Shown: positions 40,363-50,701 of the stretch, in pieces
Layout: the number at the start of each line of letters is the position of its first letter
Numbering within the stretch: the stretch's first letter is position 1
Assembly (NCBI GenBank): GCA_001775395.1
Contig: MEWP01000160.1
Coordinates: forward strand, 266-64,265
Length of the DNA: 64,000 nucleotides
From: a candidate division Zixibacteria bacterium RBG_16_53_22
Lineage (GTDB): Bacteria > Zixibacteria > MSB-5A5 > UBA10806
Direction: 5' to 3'
Position numbers and translations under genes: made by a program
Notes under the pieces: model-generated
What the model was told of the DNA's origin: nothing
What the model saw: the letters and a program-made list of their open reading frames with translations, nothing else
The model's database searches: none

Positions 40363-42033
40363 TCATATTAGCGGGGGTTCGGTATATGTGCCATATACCT
40401 CAGTCAAGACGGAAGTTATCTCTTCCTCGGTGGTGTAGCAGCGAATACAATCCAGAAGCGGCGGCATGTGGTTCTCGCCGGCCTGGGCCGCCTTTTTCAG
40501 CGCCGCCAATGTTGACTTAACCCGGTCATTGTCGCGGCCCTGCTTGACCTTTTTCAACGATGCGATCTGGTCACTTTCCACCTGTGCATCGATCTTAAGA
40601 AGCGGAATCTTCACGTCCTCATCTTCTTCGACAAAATCGTTGACCCCGACGATTATCCTCTCCTTCTTCTCTATCTCCTTTTGGAATCGATAGGCGGCAT
40701 CGGCAACCTCACGCTGCAAATATCCCTGCTCGATACACTTGAGCACCCCCCCTCGTTTCGCGATTTCGTCGAAATACCGCTCGGCCTCGGCCTCGAGCTC
40801 ATTGGTCAGAGTCTCCACGAAGTAGGAACCGGCCAGGGGGTCGATAGTATTGGCGACACCGGTCTCACAGGCGATCAATTGCTGGGTGCGTAGCGCCAGC
40901 TTGACGGCGTGCTCTGTCGGAAGAGCGTAGGTTTCATCCATGGAATTGGTATGCAGGGATTGTGTCCCGCCCAGCACTCCGGCCAGGCCCTGGAATGCCG
41001 TACGGACAATATTATTTTCGGGTTGTTGAGCTGTCAGTGAGCAGCCTGCTGTCTGCGTGTGAAACCTCATCAACCATGAGTGAGGATCCTTGGCTTTGTA
41101 TTTCTCACGCATGTGACGGGCCCAGATGCGCCGCGCCGCGCGATACTTGGCAATCTCCTCGAAAAAATCAAGGTGTGAGTTGAAGAAGAAAGACAGCCGT
41201 GGCGCAAATGTGTCGACATCCATGCCCACAGCCAGGGCGGCCTCGACATACGTGAATCCGTCGGCCAGCGTGAAGGCCAGCTCCTGGGCGGCGGTGGCTC
41301 CCGCCTCTCGGATATGATATCCCGATATCGATATGGTATTCCACTTGGGCACGTGTTGGGCGCAGAAAGCCATCATATCGGTGATGAGCCTGATCGATGG
41401 TTCCGGCGGGTAAATCCATTCTTTCTGGGCGATATATTCCTTGAGAATATCGTTTTGTAACGTGCCGGTTAACATCTCCGATGGTACGCCCTGTTTTTCG
41501 GCGACAGCGATATACATCGCCAGCAGGATAGTGGAGGTGCAGTTTATCGTCATCGAAGTTGATATCTTGCCCAGATCGATACCGTCGAAGATGATTTCCA
41601 TATCCTTCAAAGTGTCCACGGCGACACCGCAGACTCCGACCTCGCCAACCGACCGCACGGAATCGGAATCGTATCCCATAAGGGTTGGCAAATCAAATGC
41701 CACCGAGAGGCCCATCTGGCCGCGCTTGAGGAGGAAATGATAACGCTCGTTGGTCTGGGCGGGGCTTCCGAAGCCGGAGAATTGACGCATGGTCCAGCTC
41801 TTCTTGCGATACATCGAGGCATGCACCCCCCGCGTATAGGGGTATTGGCCGGGATACCCTATGTCGCGGTCGAAATCAATGTTTTCAGCGTCTTTTGGAG
41901 TATAGAGAGGTTTGATAGGCTTGGATGACACGGTCATGAATTTCCGGCCTTTATCCGGCTTTGATTCGTCATATTCTTCCAGCCACCTGGCGTAGGCGTC
42001 GTCGGTCTCTTTTTTCCTCGATGTCTTATCCAT
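40363..42033 (-). CDS. B12-dependent acyl-CoA mutase large subunit, isobutyryl-CoA mutase-like (IcmA-like)
   Basis: PYTRG, WTMRQFSGFG, QNDILKEYIAQKEW, ISGYHIREAG, SLHTNS. Confidence 0.9.
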   Translation of the reverse strand: MDKTSRKKETDDAYARWLEEYDESKPDKGRKFMTVSSKPIKPLYTPKDAENIDFDRDIGYPGQYPYTRGVHASMYRKKSWTMRQFSGFGSPAQTNERYHFLLKRGQMGLSVAFDLPTLMGYDSDSVRSVGEVGVCGVAVDTLKDMEIIFDGIDLGKISTSMTINCTSTILLAMYIAVAEKQGVPSEMLTGTLQNDILKEYIAQKEWIYPPEPSIRLITDMMAFCAQHVPKWNTISISGYHIREAGATAAQELAFTLADGFTYVEAALAVGMDVDTFAPRLSFFFNSHLDFFEEIAKYRAARRIWARHMREKYKAKDPHSWLMRFHTQTAGCSLTAQQPENNIVRTAFQGLAGVLGGTQSLHTNSMDETYALPTEHAVKLALRTQQLIACETGVANTIDPLAGSYFVETLTNELEAEAERYFDEIAKRGGVLKCIEQGYLQREVADAAYRFQKEIEKKERIIVGVNDFVEEDEDVKIPLLKIDAQVESDQIASLKKVKQGRDNDRVKSTLAALKKAAQAGENHMPPLLDCIRCYTTEEEITSVLTEVYGTYTEPPLI

Positions 42034-42047
42034 CTTTCTCCTCCATG

Positions 42048-43010
42048 TCAATCCGGCAATTGCCGAATCTGGCCGGCCTTCAAATCATCTATCAATTTCT
42101 GGGCCAGGTCGTAGGGATTGCCCTGCCCGGCGAATATTCTCTCCACCTGACGCTCCAGAATATTGTGCGGAAGTATCTCATTTATCAAGCGGATTCTAAA
42201 CCGGTGCTCGATTGTCTTCAATATATCATAACGGATCATCTTTTTGCGATGTTTCAGAAAATTATCACCGGTTTTCATGTGCTCGTATTCCTGGTCAATC
42301 TTCGACAAAAGTTCGTCCAGGCCGATATTGTTGACGGCCTGAGTCAGCACGACCGGAAGCTGGCGCTTGCATTTCTCACGCTTTACGTCGAGAATCATGT
42401 TCAGTTCCGAGGCTACGCGCTGAGCTCCGTCGCGGTCTGCCTTGTTGACCGCGAAAATATCGGCGATTTCCATAAGGCCGGCCTTCATGGCCTGGATCGA
42501 ATCGCCCGACTCAGGCATGAGAATGACAACGGTCGTATCGCAAGCCTCGGCAACGTCAAGCTCCACCTGCCCAACACCGACCGTCTCGACCAAAATGATG
42601 TCTTTGCCAAAGGCGTCCAGGGCCCGTATGACCTCGGTGGTTGCCAGCGCCAGCCCCCCGGTAGAGCCTCTGGTCGCCATGCTGCGAATGAAAATGTCCC
42701 TGTGGACCGCCAGATCCTGCATCCTGATTCGGTCGCCGAGAAGCGCGCCGCCGGTGAAAGGTGACGAGGGATCGACCGCGATTACGCCAACCTTGCGGCC
42801 TCGGTTGAGGTATAGATAACACAGCTTATCGACAACGGTCGATTTGCCGGCTCCCGGAGGCCCGGTTATACCTATTATATGGGCCCCGCCGGTCCTGGGA
42901 TAGAGGGCGGCGAGGATCTTGTCTGTTTCAGGCCCGCGGTTTTCGATATGCGAGATAATTCTCGCCAGCGCGCCAGTGTCGCCGGTATAGAATTTTTCGA
43001 TTAACGACAT
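42048..43010 (-). CDS. meaB: Mutase-associated GTPase chaperone MeaB/ArgK
   Basis: GPPGAGKS, AVDPSSPFTGGALLGDRIR, ETVGVGQ, NKAD. Confidence 0.95.
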   Translation of the reverse strand: MSLIEKFYTGDTGALARIISHIENRGPETDKILAALYPRTGGAHIIGITGPPGAGKSTVVDKLCYLYLNRGRKVGVIAVDPSSPFTGGALLGDRIRMQDLAVHRDIFIRSMATRGSTGGLALATTEVIRALDAFGKDIILVETVGVGQVELDVAEACDTTVVILMPESGDSIQAMKAGLMEIADIFAVNKADRDGAQRVASELNMILDVKREKCKRQLPVVLTQAVNNIGLDELLSKIDQEYEHMKTGDNFLKHRKKMIRYDILKTIEHRFRIRLINEILPHNILERQVERIFAGQGNPYDLAQKLIDDLKAGQIRQLPD

Positions 43011-43369
43011 CTTCCAACACCAAACGCTTTGCTATTTTGAAAAAATGTAAGAAAAATAACCTAAAATTACAGGAAACCATAAACCATCCTGACTGAACCC
43101 GTGACACTTCACAACATGCTCATGGCATTAGCCAGGCAACCGCCCGATAGATTCGATAATTATACCATAATCAAACCCGGATTTCAAGGGCGAGCACATC
43201 AACACTTGAATAAATGTCTTTATCGCAATGCAACACCTGATTCATATTAAGTCAATGATGAAGGTCAATAAATCTACAGTTGTTGTTTTTTGCAAAAAGC
43301 ATTTGACAGTGTTCATAATTAGTAATAATTTCTATTAAGCGACACAATTATTTTCCACAAGGAAAGCCT

Positions 43370-45490
43370 ATGGAGCTACGGGGGATGAGTAGTTTTCGGC
43401 TGCGGATAATAAGCTGGCGTCTTAGTTTTGTCGGCACGTTGTTCCCCTTGTTTGACTCGACCGCCCAGAATATCGATTATGCCGGATCATGCCTTTGGAC
43501 CGGAGCGGTTGATATATCCACAGACGGAATCCATGCATATTGCGCATTTCAAAATGGGCTGGTCATATTGGATATTAATAACCCATCGGCGCCCACCATA
43601 GTCAGTCAAACATACTGCCCTGGAGAGGGTACCGGGCTATGTGCCGGGGGTGATTTTGTCTATTTGTGCACTCATGACGATGGTCTGCAGATAATAGATA
43701 TTTCCAATCCCCAGATACCTCAGGTGGTCGGATCCGTGACAGTTCCCGGTTTTGCCCGCGATGTATATGAACTCAATTCCTACGCCTGTGTCGCGGGAGA
43801 TTATTCCGGATTGCATATTATCGATATCGCCGATCCTCAAAACGCGACTTTGCTTTCCACTTTTAATACCACAGGCCTGGCTCTCGATGTATTTGTGGGG
43901 GATACGTTGGCATTTATTGCCGATTGGGAAGCTGGTCTGCAAATTGTGAGCATGGCTGATCCGCTTAATCCGTATTTTGTCGGCGGTCTTGCTCTAACCG
44001 GCTATGCATACGGCATTTTCATTTCGGGTTCGTATGCATATTTGGCAGCTTTTTCCTCGGGGCTTCATATTGTGAATATTGAAAATCCCGCAATGCCCGC
44101 ACTAATAGGGTCCTGCGATACTCCAGGCCAGGCCATTGGAATTACCGTGGCGGACAATTTCGCCTTTATAGCAGATTCGTATGCGGGAATACAGGTAATT
44201 GATATCAGTGATCGCCAGCACCCGGGCCTGGCGGGAATAATTGGCACGTCGGGCAGGGCAATGAAATTGGCATTGTCAGGGGCCCATCTCTATGCAGCGG
44301 ATTACACTTCGGGTATCGAAATTATAGATATTGCGATGCCCACTTTCCCGATAGTGATTGGTAATTATCCCGCTCCGGATTATACTGTCGACATTCATGT
44401 CGAAGGAGGTCTTGCGTACACCGCCAATTCCTCCGACGGATTAACTATCGTGGATATTTCAAACCCGGTGGCGCCGATTGTCACCGGTTCGCTGGCTTTG
44501 CCCGATTCTGCGTTCAGCGTTGCCAAGAGCGGCGAAGTTGCGTTGGTAGCAAATGGCTTAGCCGGATTGAGCATAGTTGATGTTTCTCAACCTTCGCAGC
44601 CTCAACTAATTGCATTCTTTGACACACCTGGTTCGGCCTGCGCAATCGCAATAAGAGGAGGCTACGCTTTTATAGCAGATTCGGACTCGGGGTTAATTGT
44701 TATCGACATATCATTTCCGTCAGAGCCGATGCCGGTTGCCAGATTGGGGACTCCGGGTAAAGTCCAATCGATATTCATTGATAGCCTGTTCGCTTTCGTG
44801 ACCGAATCAAATCTCGGCTTGTTGATTATCGACATATCTAATCCGTCGGCCCCTCAACTTCTGGGCGCCTACAACGCACCCGGGAATGCCCGGGCGGCAT
44901 ATGCGAATCGCGATTATGCTTATATCGCCAATACCTATTCAGTCGAAATTGTCAATATCGTCGATAAAGCGCACCCGTCCTTCGCCGGGCGTTATGATTC
45001 CATTCGGAATGCCATGGATATCTCTGTAAATGGCAATTTTGCCTATGTTTGTGACGGATACGACGGGGTCAAGATGATAAATGTCGCCAACCCGTCGAAC
45101 CCATACCATGAGGCTTCTTTCAACACGCCCGGGTACTCGCAGGGTATCTTTGTAGTTGACGAGTACCTGTATGTGGCCGATCAATCATCGCTCATTATTC
45201 TAAGATCGTCAATTGAGGGGCCCGGGGAATGTTCGTATATACCCGGGGACGCCAATGCAAACGGGCAGGTTAATGGGCTTGATGTGGTTTACATGGTCAG
45301 TTATTTGAAAGGCGGGCCAAATTCACCGCCAAATCTCTGCGATTGCCCACCGCATGGGACAGTATTCGTGGCTGCTGATGCTAATGGAAATTGCGCCTTC
45401 AATGGAATAGACGTAGTGTATTTGGTAAGCTACCTGAAAGGTATCCAATCCCCACCCAGAGGATGCGCCGACTGCCAACCGAACAGGTAG
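43370..45490 (+). CDS. Secreted LVIVD-repeat beta-propeller protein with C-terminal dockerin-like domain
   Basis: About 14 repeats of YAY.A....GL.I.DISNP..P; tail with a duplicated EF-hand-like GDAN.NG..NG.DVVY.VSYL. Confidence 0.85.
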   Translation: MELRGMSSFRLRIISWRLSFVGTLFPLFDSTAQNIDYAGSCLWTGAVDISTDGIHAYCAFQNGLVILDINNPSAPTIVSQTYCPGEGTGLCAGGDFVYLCTHDDGLQIIDISNPQIPQVVGSVTVPGFARDVYELNSYACVAGDYSGLHIIDIADPQNATLLSTFNTTGLALDVFVGDTLAFIADWEAGLQIVSMADPLNPYFVGGLALTGYAYGIFISGSYAYLAAFSSGLHIVNIENPAMPALIGSCDTPGQAIGITVADNFAFIADSYAGIQVIDISDRQHPGLAGIIGTSGRAMKLALSGAHLYAADYTSGIEIIDIAMPTFPIVIGNYPAPDYTVDIHVEGGLAYTANSSDGLTIVDISNPVAPIVTGSLALPDSAFSVAKSGEVALVANGLAGLSIVDVSQPSQPQLIAFFDTPGSACAIAIRGGYAFIADSDSGLIVIDISFPSEPMPVARLGTPGKVQSIFIDSLFAFVTESNLGLLIIDISNPSAPQLLGAYNAPGNARAAYANRDYAYIANTYSVEIVNIVDKAHPSFAGRYDSIRNAMDISVNGNFAYVCDGYDGVKMINVANPSNPYHEASFNTPGYSQGIFVVDEYLYVADQSSLIILRSSIEGPGECSYIPGDANANGQVNGLDVVYMVSYLKGGPNSPPNLCDCPPHGTVFVAADANGNCAFNGIDVVYLVSYLKGIQSPPRGCADCQPNR

Positions 45491-45668
45491 GTACTCTCAT
45501 ACTGATAGTGACCCGTTATTGAAAATGCGCTTGAGGTTATGATCGGTTTTCACTGGCATGGAAGATGACCTATGATAATTGTATTGTATTCGCGATGATC
45601 AATGGTTATTAATGGCTTCGGGCGATTAATTCACTGATTGAAAAGTTTCAAGTTGCGAAAGCGAAAAG

Positions 45669-46667
45669 TTGATTGATATCAGACAAAGACTCGGATTCTC
45701 ATCCGTGAGGTGGGCCGACGATACACTGATAGCCCTCAATCAGCGGGCTTTACCGTTAAAAGAGGAATATCTTTCCCTGAAATCGGTCGATGAAGTTGTC
45801 GAAGCCATCGGAGTCCTCACGGTTCGGGGAGCCCCGCTAATAGGCATTGCCGCGGCCTACGGGCTGTGCCTGACCACAAATCTCGGCGATGATGCGCTTT
45901 TCGCTGATTCGTGTCGGAGATTCATCGATATTCGCCCCACGGCGGTGAATCTGCGCTGGGCCGTGGAGCGAATGGCCGGCTTCCGTACTCGGAATTTGAG
46001 ATGTGACAATCTTCGCGAGTTAATGATTGAAGAGGCCCGGCGCACACATGCCGAGGATGCCGAGATGTGCGTCCGGATTGGGGAATCAGGGAATTCCATA
46101 GTCCCGGAGCATTGCCGCATTCTCACCCACTGCAACGCCGGAGCGCTGGCGACAGGCGGCATCGGGACGGCGCTGGGGATCATCTACACGGCGCATTTTT
46201 CGGGCAAGCGGGTCGAGGTCTGGGTCGACGAGACACGCCCGGTGCTTCAGGGGGCGCGCCTGACCGCCTGGGAGCTATCGAAAGCCGGTGTGCCATACAA
46301 ATTGATATCTGATAGCATGGTCGGCCATCTCATGGCCCAAGGCAGAATCGACCTTGTCATCACCGGCGCTGACCGTGTGGCCGCCAATCTCGATTATGCC
46401 AATAAGATCGGGACCTATTCACTGGCGGTCCTGGCAAAATATCACGGAATTCCATTCTACGCCGCGGCGCCATCCTCGACTTTCGACCCGGCCTGCCCCA
46501 ATGGCAAATCGATCGTGATCGAGCAACGCCCTGAAAATGAAATCCGATATGTGGGGCAAAGTCAGGTTGCGCCATCGGATGCGCCGGTCTACAATCCGGC
46601 CTTTGATGTTACGCCCCATGAATTGGTGACGGGGATTATCACGGAAAAGGGAATCCTGAGACCCTGA
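45669..46667 (+). CDS. mtnA: Methylthioribose-1-phosphate isomerase
   Basis: VRGAPLIG, RPTAVNL, LTHCNAGALAT, ETRP, NKIGTY, NPAFDVTP. Confidence 0.95.
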   Translation: MIDIRQRLGFSSVRWADDTLIALNQRALPLKEEYLSLKSVDEVVEAIGVLTVRGAPLIGIAAAYGLCLTTNLGDDALFADSCRRFIDIRPTAVNLRWAVERMAGFRTRNLRCDNLRELMIEEARRTHAEDAEMCVRIGESGNSIVPEHCRILTHCNAGALATGGIGTALGIIYTAHFSGKRVEVWVDETRPVLQGARLTAWELSKAGVPYKLISDSMVGHLMAQGRIDLVITGADRVAANLDYANKIGTYSLAVLAKYHGIPFYAAAPSSTFDPACPNGKSIVIEQRPENEIRYVGQSQVAPSDAPVYNPAFDVTPHELVTGIITEKGILRP

Positions 46668-46958
46668 TTGACATTGATTTGCTTTTGGGTCGCCCATTTG
46701 ATCCCATCGGTCTGCCCAACCGTTTTCGCGATAGGCAATCGGGCGCATGCTTTAGTTTGAAGCATCATTTTTTCGCGGTCAGGGTAAGCTTATAAAGCGT
46801 GCCGCGCCGTCATGCGAATATGCTGGATCAGGGGGACTTCACTTGAGTGCCTTGATTCCCTATGTTTGCAGGCCGGCGGAACCGCTCGGCGGCCCTCAAA
46901 GGGCAGTTAAGGCAATAATATCTTTTCGGTTAACTGGGGGAAAGGCGATTATTTTTGC

Positions 46959-46986
46959 TTGACATTGGCATTTTGGAATATAAATT
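46959..46986 (+). promoter_or_regulatory. sigma70 promoter of the rplM operon
   Basis: TTGACA-16 nt-TAAATT with AT-rich upstream sequence. Confidence 0.6.
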
Positions 46987-47052
46987 GTTTGTTTCGTAGT
47001 TTTTAGCGTTTCTCTAATATTTGGAGCCGAAGTCGTAAAAGGACCGACTAAA

Positions 47053-47487
47053 ATGGAAACAAAGACATTCGTGCCTAAGCAAGACAGGCAACAACAAAAA
47101 TGGTATTTGATAAATGCCGAGGGCAAGGTGTTGGGCCGTTTGGCCACCAAAGTAGCCACCCTGCTTCGAGGCAAAGATAGTCCGCTGTTCACGCCGCATC
47201 TGGATATGGGGGCATATGTCGTGGTTATCAATGCCGAAAAGGTGCAATTGACCGGCAGAAAGCTCGCCAACAAGATTTACAGGTGGCATTCGGGTTACCC
47301 CGGCGGCCTCAAGACCGTGCCGGTCTCGAGATATTTTGCCAATCGTCCGGAACGGGTTCTCCAATGGGCTATCAAGGGGATGCTTCCGCATAACCGTCTG
47401 GGGCGCCGTCTCAACCAGAAGCTGTTCATTTACAGCGGCGGAGCTCATCCGCATGCCGCCCAAAAACCGACAAAAATAGAAATCTAA
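47053..47487 (+). CDS. rplM: 50S ribosomal protein L13
   Basis: LGRLAT, FTPHLD, HSGYPGGLK, GMLP, HPHAAQ. Confidence 0.98.
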   Translation: METKTFVPKQDRQQQKWYLINAEGKVLGRLATKVATLLRGKDSPLFTPHLDMGAYVVVINAEKVQLTGRKLANKIYRWHSGYPGGLKTVPVSRYFANRPERVLQWAIKGMLPHNRLGRRLNQKLFIYSGGAHPHAAQKPTKIEI

Positions 47488-47506
47488 TATCGTAAGTGGA
47501 GGAATT

Positions 47507-47899
47507 TTGCCAGAGGAAGTATACGCGGCGACCGGCCGGCGAAAAGAAGCGGTCGCTCAGGTAAGAGTCAAGAAAGGAAGCGGCAAGATAGTGATTAACG
47601 GCAAGGACGTTAACGCCTATCTGTGTCGTCCCAATATCGTCCTGGCGGCGCTTAAGCCGATCGATGTCGCCGAGTTCAACGGCAAGCTCGATGTCATATG
47701 CGTGGCGCGAGGAGGCGGCCTTTCCGGGCAGGCAGGCGCGATGAGCCTGGCGCTGGCGCGGGCGCTGATTATCATGGATCCCGAGTTGAGAACGCTGTTG
47801 AAGCGCAACGGGCTCCTGACCCGCGATTCCAGGATGGTCGAGCGCAAGAAATACGGCCTGGTCAAAGCCAGGAAGAGATACCAATTCTCTAAGAGATAA
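47507..47899 (+). CDS. rpsI: 30S ribosomal protein S9
   Basis: TGRRKEAVA, GGGLSGQAGA, ERKKYG, QFSKR; TTG start. Confidence 0.98.
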   Translation: MPEEVYAATGRRKEAVAQVRVKKGSGKIVINGKDVNAYLCRPNIVLAALKPIDVAEFNGKLDVICVARGGGLSGQAGAMSLALARALIIMDPELRTLLKRNGLLTRDSRMVERKKYGLVKARKRYQFSKR

Positions 47900-47904
47900 T
47901 ACAA

Positions 47905-48025
47905 CCAACGACACACACCGGTTGTCCGCCGTTTGGCCGGATGCCGTTCGAGGTCTCCTGTCAGGCAGAATTATCGTGGCCCGACTGGAGTCGGACGGGT
48001 GTAAAGACCGGTGGAGGAGAAACCA
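47905..48025 (+). promoter_or_regulatory. rpsB leader (t44/S2-binding autoregulatory RNA-like)
   Basis: ACACACAC then stem CACCGGT (47916-22) / ACCGGTG (48007-13), followed by GGAGG...AAACC, as in t44-type leaders. Confidence 0.65.
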
Positions 48026-48029
48026 AAAA

Positions 48030-48779
48030 ATGTCAGAAGTAACTGTCAAGGACCTCCTTGAATCCGGGGTTCATTTCGGCCATCAGACCAGGCGCTGGAA
48101 CCCCAAGATGAAGCGATTTATTTTCACCGCCAAGAACGGCATCTATATTATCGATCTGAACAAGACCCTGATGTCGCTGAATCGGGCCTGTCAGAAAGTA
48201 GCCGAAGTCATCGATTCCGGCGGCAGCATCCTGTTTGTCGGCACCAAGAAGCAGGCCAAGGATGTGATAAAAACCAACGCCCTGAAGGCCGGCCAATTCT
48301 ACATCACTGAGCGCTGGCTGGGCGGGATGTTGACCAATTTCGTAACCATCAAGAAGAATATCAAGCGGCTCAAGGAAATCGAGCGGATGCGCGAGGATGG
48401 CTCATTCGGTAAGATGACCAAGAAGGAGGCCAAGAAACTCGAGATAGAAGCCGCCCGCATGGAAAAATACCTGGTTGGTATCAGGGAGATGTATAGCCTG
48501 CCGTCGCTCCTTTTCGTGATCGATACGAAAAAAGAGAGGATAGCGGTCGCCGAGGCCAACAAGCTGAAAATTCCCGTAATAGGGATACTGGATACGAACT
48601 CCGATCCCGATCCGATCGATTACCCGATCGCGGCCAATGATGACGCGATAAAATCGATATCTATAATAACCAAGGCCATATGCGATACCGCGGTTCAGGC
48701 GCAGGCCAAAGTCCGTGTCGAGGAGATGGAGGAAGCGGGCGCCGATCAATCGGCGGAGCATTCCGCTGGAGAGGTTTAG
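48030..48779 (+). CDS. rpsB: 30S ribosomal protein S2
   Basis: GVHFGHQ, WNPKM, RWLGGMLTN, ANDDAI; real start ATG 48030. Confidence 0.98.
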   Translation: MSEVTVKDLLESGVHFGHQTRRWNPKMKRFIFTAKNGIYIIDLNKTLMSLNRACQKVAEVIDSGGSILFVGTKKQAKDVIKTNALKAGQFYITERWLGGMLTNFVTIKKNIKRLKEIERMREDGSFGKMTKKEAKKLEIEAARMEKYLVGIREMYSLPSLLFVIDTKKERIAVAEANKLKIPVIGILDTNSDPDPIDYPIAANDDAIKSISIITKAICDTAVQAQAKVRVEEMEEAGADQSAEHSAGEV

Positions 48780-48784
48780 CATCG

Positions 48785-49378
48785 ATGGGAATTTCGGCAC
48801 AGACAGTCAAGGAATTGAGAGAAATGACCGGCGCCGGCATGATGGACTGCAAGAAAGCGCTGGAGCAGGCCGGCGGCGACGTGCAGAAGGCGATCTCCGT
48901 CTTGCGCGAGCAGGGGCTGGCTAAAGCTGCCAAGAAAGCTGAACGCACCGCCAGCGAAGGCCTGATATACGCCTATATCCATCCCGGCGACAAGCTGGGG
49001 GTATTGCTCGAGATTAATTGCGAGACCGATTTCGTGGCCCGCACCGACGATTTCAAGCTGCTGACCAAGGACATTGCCATGCAGATCGCGGCCGCTAACC
49101 CTCTTGTTGTGGATAGGGACCAGGTCGACAGGGCGCTGGTCGAAAAGGAAAGGGAAATTTACAAAACTCAGGCTCTCAACGAGGGCAAGCCGGAGAAGTT
49201 CCTCGATAAGATAGTCGACGGCAGGCTGGAGAAGTACCTTCAGGAGGTCGTCTTGCTCGAGCAACCTTTCATCAAGGACCAGGATATCACCGTGAAGGAT
49301 CTTCTGACGGCGGCCATTTCCAAGCTCGGGGAAAATATCGTAATTAAGAGGTTCACCCGGTACAGACTGGGGGAATAA
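48785..49378 (+). CDS. tsf: Elongation factor Ts (short form)
   Basis: VKELREMTGAGMMDCKKAL, NCETDFVA; about 197 aa. Confidence 0.97.
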   Translation: MGISAQTVKELREMTGAGMMDCKKALEQAGGDVQKAISVLREQGLAKAAKKAERTASEGLIYAYIHPGDKLGVLLEINCETDFVARTDDFKLLTKDIAMQIAAANPLVVDRDQVDRALVEKEREIYKTQALNEGKPEKFLDKIVDGRLEKYLQEVVLLEQPFIKDQDITVKDLLTAAISKLGENIVIKRFTRYRLGE

Positions 49379-50134
49379 TTGGCTGATAAATCGCATTCAA
49401 AAACCTCTGGTTCAGCAGCGAACAACGTTAGATATCGTCGGGTGCTGCTAAAGCTATCCGGCGAGATCCTGATGGGTGACAAATCGCTCGGGGCCTTGGA
49501 TGGCACCGTGCTGTCCAATATCGCCGAGCAGGTCGCGGGCATAGCCGGCCTGGGGGTCGAGGTCGGTATAGTGCTTGGCGGCGGCAATATATTTCGCGGG
49601 TTGCAGGCCGCGGCTGGAGGTATGGATCGTGTCAGCGCCGACTTCATGGGCATGCTGGCGACCGTCATCAATTCCCTGGCTTTGCAGGAATATCTCGAGA
49701 AGAGGGGTCGATACACCCGCGTCATGTCATCGATTTCCATGGAGCAGGTGGCCGAACCTTTCATTCGGCGGCGGGCCATAAGGCATCTGGAAAAGGGACG
49801 CATAGTGATTTTCGCGGGGGGGACCGGTAATCCGTATTTTTCGACCGATACGGCGGCAGCCCTCCGCGCCACCGAGATCGACGCCGAGGTTGTTCTGAAG
49901 GGGACGAAGGTTGATGGTGTCTACAATAGCGATCCCGTCAAGAACAGTGATGCCAAAAAATATGATCAAATCTCCTACCTGGATGTCATCAATCTGGGAT
50001 TGAAAGTCATGGATTCGACTGCCATTTCCATGTGCATGGACAATAAGATTCCCATCGTGGTCTTCAATTTATATGAAAAAGATAACCTGCGGCGTTTAAT
50101 CCTGGGTGAGAAAATCGGAACTCTTGTTTCATGA
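49379..50134 (+). CDS. pyrH: Uridylate kinase
   Basis: [29 protein letters not shown]. Confidence 0.98.
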   Translation: MADKSHSKTSGSAANNVRYRRVLLKLSGEILMGDKSLGALDGTVLSNIAEQVAGIAGLGVEVGIVLGGGNIFRGLQAAAGGMDRVSADFMGMLATVINSLALQEYLEKRGRYTRVMSSISMEQVAEPFIRRRAIRHLEKGRIVIFAGGTGNPYFSTDTAAALRATEIDAEVVLKGTKVDGVYNSDPVKNSDAKKYDQISYLDVINLGLKVMDSTAISMCMDNKIPIVVFNLYEKDNLRRLILGEKIGTLVS

Positions 50135-50143
50135 GAGGACTAT

Positions 50144-50701
50144 ATGCTCAAAGAGATCTATCGCGATTCGGATAACAGGATGAACAAAACCCTCGAGACT
50201 TTGGCCCGGGAGTTGGCCGGCATCAGAACTGGCAAGGCCACGACCAACATTCTCGACGGTATCAAAGTAGAATACTATGGGACTCCGACTCCGTTGAAGC
50301 AAGTGGCATCCGTGACCGCTCCCGACCCCAAGATGCTGGTCGTCCAGCCCTGGGAGAAAAATCTGATTCCTGAGATCGTGAAGGCGATCCAGAAAGCCGA
50401 CCTGGGCCTAAACCCGATTTCCGAGGCCGGCGTTATCAGGCTTCCGATTCCGCCGCTGACCGAGGAGAGGCGCAAGGAGATGGTCAAGCTGGTCAAGAAA
50501 TTCGGCGAGGACGCCAAGGTAGCGGTGAGGAATGTCAGACGTGATTCAATCGAGGCTCTCAAAAAGGCCGAGAAAGAAGGCAAGATCACCGAAGATGAGC
50601 TTCACCAGGGCCAAAAGCATCTTCAGGATGCTACCGATAGCCATATTAACAAGATTGACAGGATGATCGATGCTAAGGACGCCGAGGTGATGGAGGTTTG
50701 A
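50144..50701 (+). CDS. frr: Ribosome recycling factor
   Basis: IRTGKA, PPLTEERR, VRNVRRD. Confidence 0.98.
   Translation: MLKEIYRDSDNRMNKTLETLARELAGIRTGKATTNILDGIKVEYYGTPTPLKQVASVTAPDPKMLVVQPWEKNLIPEIVKAIQKADLGLNPISEAGVIRLPIPPLTEERRKEMVKLVKKFGEDAKVAVRNVRRDSIEALKKAEKEGKITEDELHQGQKHLQDATDSHINKIDRMIDAKDAEVMEV

Noticed and set aside
43246..43270. GTCAAT direct repeat as a CtsR box
   Set aside because: Spacing differs from the CtsR heptad repeat and the flanking genes are not heat-shock genes.
48785..49378. Short EF-Ts as a truncation or pseudogene
   Set aside because: A ~200-aa EF-Ts is a known natural form; the conserved motifs and C-terminus are intact.
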